The notes below the pieces were generated by a model. It saw nothing but the letters and a program-made list of their open reading frames with translations. It searched no databases and was not told the DNA's origin. Of a DNA stretch of 25,038 bases, positions 1-13,970 are shown one piece after another. The translations under genes were made by a program, and so were the position numbers. The stretch comes from Deltaproteobacteria bacterium (GTDB taxonomy: Bacteria; Myxococcota_A; UBA796; UBA2385): positions 1 to 25,038 of the forward strand of contig WGAH01000482.1 in NCBI GenBank assembly GCA_015489145.1. The letters run 5' to 3'. Positions within the stretch are counted from its first letter, which is position 1. Each line of letters opens with the position of its first letter.

Positions 1-26
1 ATCGTCGTCGCTCCTCGGCGGGGGGA

Positions 27-377
27 TCAGGCCTCGTCGGCCAGCGGGGGGAGGTCGTCGTCGGCCGCGGGGGGAAGGTCGTCGTCGGCCATCGGCGGGA
101 GGCCCGCGTCGTCGGCCGCGGGGGGAAGGTCGTCGCGGCTGACCGGCCCGGCGAAACCGCGCAGGTTCTCGTTCTCGTCGAAGGCCGAGGTGTCCGCGCG
201 CACCTTGCCGGCGGCGATCTCGCGCAGCGCCGTGACGACTTCCTTGTTGGAGCGCTCGTCGTCGATGAGGGGCTCCTCGCCCTTGAGGAGCTGCTTGGTG
301 CGCTCGGCCGCGATGAGCACGAGCGAGAAGCGGTTGGGGATCTGCTCGAGGCAGTCTTCCACCGTGATGCGCGCCAT
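27..377 (-). CDS. rpoZ: RNA polymerase omega subunit (116 aa) with acidic Pro-rich C-terminal extension
   Basis: [30 protein letters not shown]...[16 protein letters not shown] is the RpoZ signature. RBS AAGGAG precedes the ATG at 377; the upstream ATG at 476 in the ORF track was rejected. Confidence 0.95.
   Translation of the reverse strand: MARITVEDCLEQIPNRFSLVLIAAERTKQLLKGEEPLIDDERSNKEVVTALREIAAGKVRADTSAFDENENLRGFAGPVSRDDLPPAADDAGLPPMADDDLPPAADDDLPPLADEA
39..134 (-). repeat. Four imperfect 24-27 nt coding tandem repeats (DDDLPPAA-like) in the RpoZ tail
   Basis: Translation [36 protein letters not shown]; + strand ggtcgtcgtcggccgcggggggaa and close variants recur. Confidence 0.9.
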
Positions 378-484
378 GGGGTTCTCCTTCCGCGCCGCCG
401 GGGGCTCCGTCCGGCGTGGGGGCCGCGGCGGGCCCACCGACGACCGGCACACCTCCGCCCCGGCTCGGGCGGGCAAGCCTCGGA

Positions 485-516
485 GGTCTACTGTCCGCCG
501 GGGGCCCCGTCAAGGG
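485..516 (-). promoter_or_regulatory. Putative sigma70-type promoter for rpoZ
   Basis: Minus strand cccTTGACG-N17-TAGACC (-35 at 513-508, -10 at 490-485). It lies in the 3' end of the upstream gene, and the -10 overlaps that gene's TAG stop. Confidence 0.55.
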
Positions 517-1000
517 AGCCGCCGGCCCCCCCGCCGAAAAGGGACTGCTGCACCTCGCGGAGGATGTCGGAGCAGGCGTCGAAGGTGCGCGCCAGCTCCT
601 CGAAGATCGCGTCCAGCGCCGGCCCCTCCACGTCGCCCGGCGGCGCCGGGGCCCGCAGCAGGCGGCTCAGGCGCTCGTAGGCCAGCGCCCCCATCTCGAG
701 GTAGTAGTCGAGCCCCACCCGGCTGCGGGCGAGGGTGCGGCGCTGGAAGCCCGACACGTAGAGGGCCTCGTCGCCCAGCTCCCGGAGGGACTCCACCGCG
801 GCGCCCGGGGCGACCCGCAGCGCCAGCTCGGCCAGCGTCGGCGGCGAGGCCGTGCCCCCGGTGCCCCGGTCGACGAGGAGGTCGGCGAGGTACCACTCCC
901 CCTCCTCGCTGATCGGGCGCCCGCGGTGCTCGGCGGCGGTGTCCACCCGCTCGCGAAACAGCTCGTAGAGGTCCTCGTGCAGGATCAGGGCGCTTCGCAT
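488..1000 (-). CDS. Hypothetical helical protein (170 aa), divergent from groES
   Basis: Start [19 protein letters not shown] with GAGG upstream; GC3-biased codons. Motifs [20 protein letters not shown] and [11 protein letters not shown] resemble an uncharacterised family I recall from Myxococcota (recollection, not searched). Confidence 0.8.
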   Translation of the reverse strand: MRSALILHEDLYELFRERVDTAAEHRGRPISEEGEWYLADLLVDRGTGGTASPPTLAELALRVAPGAAVESLRELGDEALYVSGFQRRTLARSRVGLDYYLEMGALAYERLSRLLRAPAPPGDVEGPALDAIFEELARTFDACSDILREVQQSLFGGGAGGSLDGAPGGQ

Positions 1001-1031
1001 CTCGAATCCTCGGCTCTCTCTCCCGGTCCGG

Positions 1032-1077
1032 TTTTTTTTTCGCGCTCCCTTGACCCCCCGACGCCGGTGCCTACCTG
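1032..1077 (+). promoter_or_regulatory. Putative groESL promoter with upstream T9 tract
   Basis: T9 at 1032-1040 (UP-element-like), then cccTTGACC (1047-1055), N16, TACCTG (1072-1077). CTTGAC...CCTACCT could also be read as RpoH-like. Confidence 0.5.
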
Positions 1078-1216
1078 TGCGAGCCAGCCCGGAGTGCGCC
1101 CACGCGGGGCTCCTCCGGCGCCCCCGCCGGGGCCGCGCGGCTCCCGGCTCGGGAAACCCCGGACCCCCCGGGGCCATCCCTCCCCGCTACGGCACCAGGC
1201 CAAGGAGATTGAGGAG

Positions 1217-1504
<288 letters not shown>

Positions 1505-1556
1505 CCCGCTCCGGTCCGCTTCCGGTGCAACACCTCGCGCGCTCGGGGTCTCCTGA

Positions 1557-3203
<1,647 letters not shown>

Positions 3204-3231
3204 TCCTCACGGCGTCCCCTCACCCGAAGCC

Positions 3232-3270
3232 CCGCCCGGTCGCGCCTCGCGGCCGGGCGGTCGCGCTTTT
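3232..3270 (+). terminator. Probable intrinsic (possibly bidirectional) terminator between groEL and the convergent TPR gene
   Basis: 13-bp stem CCGCCCGGTCGCG (3232-3244), loop CCT, CGCGGCCGGGCGG (3248-3260) with one G-U pair, followed by TCGCGCTTTT. Confidence 0.7.
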
Positions 3271-3277
3271 CGGAGGG

Positions 3278-3904
3278 TCAATCCGCGCCGGCGTCCGCCG
3301 GGGCGCGGAGGCGGTCGAGGAGGGCCTCGTCGCTGTAGACCACGATGAGGCGTTCGAGCACCGGGCCGAGCTCCGGGTCGCGGGCCCAGGCCTTCCACTG
3401 GGGGTCGTCGACGATGGTGCGAAAGTCGAAGCCGTGGCGCAGCGCGTCGAGGAGGTGGGCCTCGAAGGCGCGGGGGTCGCGGTCGAGGGCGGCGAGGTGG
3501 GCGAGGCGGAAGTGGACGGCCCAGTGGTCGGGCGCCTCGCGGGCGGCGACGGCGAAGTCCTCGCGGGCGCCGTCGAGGTCGCCGCGAGCCAGGCGGATCT
3601 CGCCGCGGTCGTAGCGGGCGGCGGCGTGGTTCGGGTCGAGTTCCAGGCAGCGGTCGTAGGCCCGCAGCGCCGCGTCGGTGCGGCCGGCGCGGTAGAGCGC
3701 CAGGCCCTCCTCGTAGAGCACCGCCGGGAGGGGAGCGACCTCGCGGGTGAAGCGCCGGGCGAGGCGCACGGCGCCGTCGACGTCTCCGTCGGCCGCCATC
3801 GCCGCGACGTCGGCGGCGGCGCGCTCGCCGAGCTCCTCGCGGTAGTCCGGCGGCGGCAGCTCGGCCCGGGCCGCCGCGACGGCGAGCAGCGCCGCGAGGA
3901 TCAC
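3278..3904 (-). CDS. Secreted tetratricopeptide-repeat protein (208 aa)
   Basis: GTG start overlaps the upstream TGA (GTGA). Signal peptide VILAALLAVAAARA. TPR-like helices LYEEGLALYRAGRTDAALRAYDRCLELDPNHAAARYDRGEIRLARGDLDGAREDF. Confidence 0.85.
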   Translation of the reverse strand: MILAALLAVAAARAELPPPDYREELGERAAADVAAMAADGDVDGAVRLARRFTREVAPLPAVLYEEGLALYRAGRTDAALRAYDRCLELDPNHAAARYDRGEIRLARGDLDGAREDFAVAAREAPDHWAVHFRLAHLAALDRDPRAFEAHLLDALRHGFDFRTIVDDPQWKAWARDPELGPVLERLIVVYSDEALLDRLRAPADAGAD

Positions 3905-6762
3905 GCGCCTCCCTCGCGCCTCCGCGCCAGGCCGAGCAGGCCGAGGAGCGAGGCGAGGGCGAAGGCCGACCCGCCGCCGGCGCTGCTGCACCCGCAGCCC
4001 GTCAGCTCGCCGCCGGCGAGCCCGGCCGGGCCGCCCTCGGGCCCGCCGGTGTCGCCCGGGTCCGCGGGCGTGGGCGCGGCGATGCGGTAGACGCACACGT
4101 CGTCGATGTTCCAGCCGCCGAAGGTGAGCCCGCCGTCGCTCTGGAGGTCCCAGGCCAGGGTGAGGCTGTCGGCCCCGTCGAGGTCGACGATGAAGGTGGC
4201 CGGCGCCCACTGCTCGTCCTGGGTGTGCTCGTCGCCGATCGACCGGCTCGTCGCGTGGTTCTGCCAGATCACCGCGTCGTTGGCGAGCACGCTGGCCTGG
4301 TCGTAGTAGCCGTCCTCCACCGTGAGCCAGCGCCGGAACTGCACCACCACCCGGTCCTCGCCGCTCACGTCGAAGGGGGCGCTGCTCAGGCGGTTGTGCT
4401 TGCTGTTCTGGTAGGCGCCGTCGTAGTTTCCGCCGCCGAGATCGTTGCCCCAGACCCGGTCGCCGCTCCAGGCGAAGTCCGGGTCGCCGGACAGGCCCTG
4501 CGGCGTGCCCCACTGCCAGTCGTCGGCCCCCTCCTCGTCGTCGCCGCCGAGCAGCTCGTGCGTGTAGCCGCCGTCGTCGAGCTCGAAGGAGTCGCAGCGG
4601 ATCTCCTCGGTGTTGCCCACGTAGAAGCTGAAGGGGTTGATCGCCCCGCCGGAGGGCGCGGTGACGGTGCCGGCCTCGCCGCCGTCCACCTCGATGTAGT
4701 AGGACACGACCGTCTCGGGGTCGACGGCGGGGATCTCGCCGCTCACCACGCCGTCGCTCACGTCGAGCGGGGTCTCCTGCCAGCTCTCGCCGCCGTCGGC
4801 CGACCAGACGACCACCGCCGAGCGGATCTCGGCGTCGGCGCAGGCCGAGCCCGTGTTCACCACCTCGGCCTCGACCGGGTAGCCGTCGGCGGTGTCGGGC
4901 TGGTTGCGGAGCGGGTCGTGGCCGAGCTGCAGCAGGCTGGTCCCCTGCCCCGGCCCGAGGCCGTGCTCGCCGAAGGCCCGGATGATCGCGCAGTAGTGCG
5001 GGGTGCCGTTGGACAGGTCGCCATCGTCGTCGTCGGCGGCGACCACCGCGTCGTAGGACGTGTCGATCGAGGGGTTGGTCCGCAGGGCGTCGACGAAGAT
5101 GTCGCTGACGATGGCGCGGGCCTCCTCGTCGCCCTCGGTGCCGGCGAGGATCTGGTAGAGGTCCCACATGGCGCCGGCGAAGATCAGCCCGTCCTCGTGG
5201 ACCTCGCCGACCCAGTCGTCGGGGTAGACGCGATCCGGCTCCACGTCGCGCACCGGCTCGCCGCTGGTCCAGAAGTACGGCCCGATCTCGGAGTCGCCGG
5301 TCTGGAGGAAGGCGGTGGTGTCGCCGGCCCCCTCGCCCAGCGAGCCGTCCACGTACCAGGTGCCGGCGGCGTAGGCGTGCAGGCCGTGGCCCCACTCGTG
5401 GTACTCGACGTCGGCGATGCGCGCGGTGTTGTTGCAGCCGCCGCCGGAGCGGTAGAAGTTGACGCTCCCGTCGTAGTAGGCGTTGCAGTAGGAGTTCATG
5501 TTGACGTTGGAGGCGATGCCGTCGGTGACGATGCCGAGGTCGGGGGCGTGCGCCTCGCCCCAGGCGCGCATGTGCTCGATGAACACGTAGGAGTCGATTT
5601 CGCCCAGGGTGGCGTCGGCCTCGGTGAGGGTGTAGTCGCCGTCGGTCCAGGAGGCGCCGCCGTTGCGGCCGGCGCGGTTGCGGACGCTCACGTAGTCGCC
5701 GACGAGGCCGTCGACGCTGAGCCCGGAGCCCGACAGGCTGAAGGCGCCGTCGTCGTCGGCGTAGGTGCTGCCCGCCGAGCTGCTGACCCGCAAGCCCGGC
5801 AGCGGCGAGACGCTCGTGTCGCCGTCGACGGTGCGCGTGTCGTGCTCGCCGTACACCGTGCCCGACAGGAAGCGCACGCGGTTGGAGACGTTGAGCAGCT
5901 CGCCGGTGCGGGCGTCGACGAAGGCGAGCCAGTCGCCGCGCGGCGACCCGGTGCGGCTGAGCACGGCCCAGGCGAGGCGGTGGTCGAGGCCGCTGCCGGC
6001 CTCTCGCGGGAAGACGACGAGGACCGCGCCGTCCACGGCGTGCTCGGCCTGGGGAGCGAGGCCCTGCTCGACGGCGATGGCGATGGCGTCGTCGGCGTCG
6101 ACGAGGGGTTCCGAGGCGGCGGCCTCGGCCCCCGGGTACGTCTCGGCGCGGAACATGAACAGGCGGCCGTCGCGGACGTGGGCGACCAGCGCGCCGCCCC
6201 AGACCACCGGCTCGCCCCAGCGGGCGAGTTCCCACAGGGGGGAGTCGGCGCCGTCGGGGGCCTCCGGGTCCGGCAGGCCGGGGTCGCCGACGCCGGCCCC
6301 GCCGAGGTCGCCGCCGTCGACCCCGCCGTCCCAGGCGCCGTCCGGCAGCGGCACCACGCGGTCGAAGCGGTAGACCGTGTGCTCGCGGGCGGGGCGCACG
6401 GCGGCGAGGCGGAGGTCGTCGACGGAGACGCCGATGAGGTCGGCGTGGCGGGCGAAGAAGTCGAGGAGCGCCGCGGCGGTGGCGTCGGGGTCGTCGCCGG
6501 AGACGCCCAGGTCGATGCCCGGGCCCCAGGCGGCCAGGGGCGTGCCGGCCTTCTCGTCGAAGCGGACCTGCCAGCCGGCCCCCTCGCCGGCGACGAAGCC
6601 CTGCCAGGCCGCCCCGGCGCGCAGGCGGGCCTGCCGGCCGACGTGGACGCGGCGCAGGCGCACCGGCTCCTCGCCGAGGGGGGTGGCGCCGTCGTCGCGG
6701 AAGGCGAAGGCGTCGGAGGGGCCGAGAAGACCGAGGGAAATGCCCAGGAGCGTCGCGATCAT
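3901..6762 (-). CDS. Secreted zinc metallopeptidase, M36 (fungalysin)/M4-like, with propeptide, C-terminal beta domain and MYXO-CTERM-type sorting tail (953 aa)
   Basis: Signal peptide. HEWGH at 5400-5386, followed by SLGEGAGD and GEVHEDG. C-terminus GCGCSSAGGGSAFALASLLGLLGLARRR. RBS GAGGA before the ATG at 6762. Confidence 0.88.
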   Translation of the reverse strand: MIATLLGISLGLLGPSDAFAFRDDGATPLGEEPVRLRRVHVGRQARLRAGAAWQGFVAGEGAGWQVRFDEKAGTPLAAWGPGIDLGVSGDDPDATAAALLDFFARHADLIGVSVDDLRLAAVRPAREHTVYRFDRVVPLPDGAWDGGVDGGDLGGAGVGDPGLPDPEAPDGADSPLWELARWGEPVVWGGALVAHVRDGRLFMFRAETYPGAEAAASEPLVDADDAIAIAVEQGLAPQAEHAVDGAVLVVFPREAGSGLDHRLAWAVLSRTGSPRGDWLAFVDARTGELLNVSNRVRFLSGTVYGEHDTRTVDGDTSVSPLPGLRVSSSAGSTYADDDGAFSLSGSGLSVDGLVGDYVSVRNRAGRNGGASWTDGDYTLTEADATLGEIDSYVFIEHMRAWGEAHAPDLGIVTDGIASNVNMNSYCNAYYDGSVNFYRSGGGCNNTARIADVEYHEWGHGLHAYAAGTWYVDGSLGEGAGDTTAFLQTGDSEIGPYFWTSGEPVRDVEPDRVYPDDWVGEVHEDGLIFAGAMWDLYQILAGTEGDEEARAIVSDIFVDALRTNPSIDTSYDAVVAADDDDGDLSNGTPHYCAIIRAFGEHGLGPGQGTSLLQLGHDPLRNQPDTADGYPVEAEVVNTGSACADAEIRSAVVVWSADGGESWQETPLDVSDGVVSGEIPAVDPETVVSYYIEVDGGEAGTVTAPSGGAINPFSFYVGNTEEIRCDSFELDDGGYTHELLGGDDEEGADDWQWGTPQGLSGDPDFAWSGDRVWGNDLGGGNYDGAYQNSKHNRLSSAPFDVSGEDRVVVQFRRWLTVEDGYYDQASVLANDAVIWQNHATSRSIGDEHTQDEQWAPATFIVDLDGADSLTLAWDLQSDGGLTFGGWNIDDVCVYRIAAPTPADPGDTGGPEGGPAGLAGGELTGCGCSSAGGGSAFALASLLGLLGLARRREGGA

Positions 6763-6818
6763 GCCGTCCTCGCGCGGGCGGCCCGCCGACCGCCGCGCGG
6801 CACCCGGTCGCGGCCACC

Positions 6819-6848
6819 CTGACCCTTGGAGGGTGCCCGGACTATGCT
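6819..6848 (+). promoter_or_regulatory. Possible promoter for the multiheme gene, giving a very short leader
   Basis: CTGACC (6819-6824), N18, TATGCT (6843-6848); 12 nt separate the -10 from the ATG at 6861, and no clear RBS is present. Confidence 0.35.
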
Positions 6849-6860
6849 CGGGGGTCAACG

Positions 6861-8492
6861 ATGCCGGCTCCCTCGCACAGCTTTTTTGCAGGCCCCGAAC
6901 CCGGCGGCGCGACGCCCTGGGGGCGGCTCCTCGCCGTCCTCGCGGCGCTGCTGCTCGCCTGGGCCTGCGGCGACGAGGCCCCGCCGGCGGCTCCCGACGT
7001 CTCGGCCCTGCCGCCCCTGCCCGAGCGCCGCGTCGCCGAGCTCCCGCGCGGGGAGGAACGCCCCCTGCGCGAGCTCGCCATCGCGCTGACCGGCGAGGTG
7101 CGCGGCGAGATCGACCCCTGCGGCTGCCCGACCAACCCGACGGGGGGCTTTCTCCGGCGGCGCAACCTGCTCGAGGAGCTGCGGGCCGAGACGACCGTGT
7201 TCCACCTCGACGCCGGCGAGATGCTGCTGCGCGGGCTCGCCACCGAGCGGCCCGCCAACCGGGCGGAGCGGGCCGACCTCATCCTCGACCTCGCGCGGGA
7301 GGTGGGGCTGGACGCCTGGACGCCGGGGCCCTCGGACCTGATGGCGGTGGGCCTCGACCGGCTGGCGCGCCTGGCCCGCGCGAACTCCGGCCCGCGCCTC
7401 GTGAACGCGAGCTGGCGCGACGAGAAGGGCGCGCCGCTGCTGCCGGCGGCGACGGTGCTGCGCCGGGACGGGCTCGCCGTCGGCGTGATCGGCGTGAGCG
7501 GCGGCACGCTCCCCGCCGGTTCCGGCGTGGCCGAGGTGCTCGACCCGGTGGCCGCCGCGGGCGACGGGCTGGCCCGCCTGCCCGACGGCCTCGACCTGGT
7601 GGTGGTGCTCGGGGTGATGCCCGAGCAGGCGAGCCACGCCGTCGCCGCCGAGGTGCCGGGCGTGGACCTGGTGCTGACCACCGCCGGCGAGTCGCTGGAC
7701 CCGCCGTGGTCGCCGCCGGGGGGCGGCGCGCTGGTGGTGGAGACCACCGACCGCGGGCGGCACGTGCGCGTGATCCGCATGGTGCTCGGGACGACGAGCG
7801 CGCACCCGCCGGTGCTGCGCCCGCCGGAGCAGGACTGGCGCGACCGCCTCACCCTGCGGGAGCAGGCGCGGCGCACCGGCGAGAAACCGCCGCGCCTCGC
7901 CGAGCTGGAGCGCCGCTTCGCCGAGGAGGCCCGCGGCCGCAACCTCGCCTGGGCGGTCACCGTGCCGCTGGAGGCCGACCTCGACGAGCCGGTCGAGGGC
8001 GGAGCGCCCGACGACCTCGCGCGGGCCATCGAGCGCTTCAAGGCCCACGCGATGAGCCGGGCCGAGGCCCGGGCCGCCGCGCCCCCGAAGCCCCGCGAGC
8101 CGCGCTACGCCGCGAGCGGAGCCTGCGTGAACTGCCACACCAAGGAGATGGCGCGCTGGGCCTTCACGAAGCACGCCCGGGCCTGGGAGGCGCTGCTGCT
8201 GCGCCGCGAGGACGACAACCCGGAGTGCATCCCCTGCCACTCCACCGGCTTCGGCGAGCCCGGCGGCTTCGGCGAGCCCACCGAGACGAACATCCGCAAG
8301 TTCAAGGCCGTGCAGTGCGAGGCCTGCCACGGCCCCATGGGCGGCCACCCCGACGACCGCTCGGTGCACGGCCGCGCCATCACGCCGGAGCGCTGCACCG
8401 GCTGCCACGACGCCGCCAACGACCCGGACTTCGACTTCGCCGAGGCGCTGCCCCGCGCCACCTGCCAGGCCCCGGACGGCAAGGGCCTGTAG
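6861..8492 (+). CDS. Probable lipoprotein: 5'-nucleotidase/metallophosphoesterase-like domain fused to a tetraheme cytochrome c554-type domain (543 aa)
   Basis: Hydrophobic leader ending LLLAWAC. Motifs TGEVRGEIDPCGC, GGFLRR, HLDAGE and GLAVGVIG. Four CXXCH motifs: CVNCH, CIPCH, CEACH, CTGCH. Confidence 0.85.
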   Translation: MPAPSHSFFAGPEPGGATPWGRLLAVLAALLLAWACGDEAPPAAPDVSALPPLPERRVAELPRGEERPLRELAIALTGEVRGEIDPCGCPTNPTGGFLRRRNLLEELRAETTVFHLDAGEMLLRGLATERPANRAERADLILDLAREVGLDAWTPGPSDLMAVGLDRLARLARANSGPRLVNASWRDEKGAPLLPAATVLRRDGLAVGVIGVSGGTLPAGSGVAEVLDPVAAAGDGLARLPDGLDLVVVLGVMPEQASHAVAAEVPGVDLVLTTAGESLDPPWSPPGGGALVVETTDRGRHVRVIRMVLGTTSAHPPVLRPPEQDWRDRLTLREQARRTGEKPPRLAELERRFAEEARGRNLAWAVTVPLEADLDEPVEGGAPDDLARAIERFKAHAMSRAEARAAAPPKPREPRYAASGACVNCHTKEMARWAFTKHARAWEALLLRREDDNPECIPCHSTGFGEPGGFGEPTETNIRKFKAVQCEACHGPMGGHPDDRSVHGRAITPERCTGCHDAANDPDFDFAEALPRATCQAPDGKGL

Positions 8493-8548
8493 GGAGCCGA
8501 GGCGCCGAGGCGCCGAGGCGCTCCGGCCGCCCGCGCATCGCGACCCCG

Positions 8549-8740
8549 GCAGACGCCGCATCCTCCCGCCTCATCGACCGCGCCGCACGGTACGGCGGCG
8601 CTCCTTCCACCGCGCGCCGACGTAGACGCGGCAGGATGCCGCGTCTACCTCTCCACCTCCAAGGACGCGGCAGGATGCCGCGTCTACCTCTCCACCTCCA
8701 AGGACGCGGCACGATGCCGCGTCTCCCCCTCCACCTCCCT
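8549..8740. repeat. REP-like palindromic repeat cluster: three tandem 39-bp units plus one degenerate inverted copy
   Basis: Units start at 8625, 8664 and 8703; each has GACGCGGCA-N3-TGCCGCGTC plus a near-identical C-rich linker. The minus strand reads GTAGACGCGGCATCCTGCCGCGTC. The + strand copy at 8549-8572 matches it 20/24. Confidence 0.85.
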
Positions 8741-8789
8741 GGCCCGGCTTGCCCGGTCGGCGCATCGGGGTAGGCCGGGGGGGCAGCTA

Positions 8790-8805
8790 GACTGACGTGT
8801 CAGTC
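8790..8805. promoter_or_regulatory. Palindromic operator-like site upstream of the activase locus
   Basis: Perfect GACTGAC-GT-GTCAGTC, ending 24 nt before the ATG at 8830 and overlapping a -10-like TAGACT (8788-8793). Confidence 0.65.
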
Positions 8806-8829
8806 ATTCGTCGCGCCCTCGGGAGAACC

Positions 8830-12324
<3,495 letters not shown>

Positions 12325-12342
12325 ACCACCCCGGAGCCCCCG

Positions 12343-13953
<1,611 letters not shown>

Positions 13954-13970
13954 AGCGCCCCCCGCCGGCG

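Noticed and set aside
1032-1040. T9 homopolymer as a phase-variation switch
   Set aside because: It lies upstream of the -35, not in the spacer or a coding region, and precedes essential chaperonin genes. A UP-element role is simpler; no read data are available.
1074-1100. Possible CIRCE (HrcA) operator upstream of groES
   Set aside because: Only a partial right arm (GAGTGC at 1092-1097) is present; the left-arm position reads CCTGTGCGA, not TTAGCACTC-like.
8625-8740. Three palindromic repeats at regular spacing resembling a mini-CRISPR array
   Set aside because: The intervening sequences are only 18 nt and nearly identical rather than unique spacers, and there are no cas genes in the window. 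It fits a REP-like tandem repeat.
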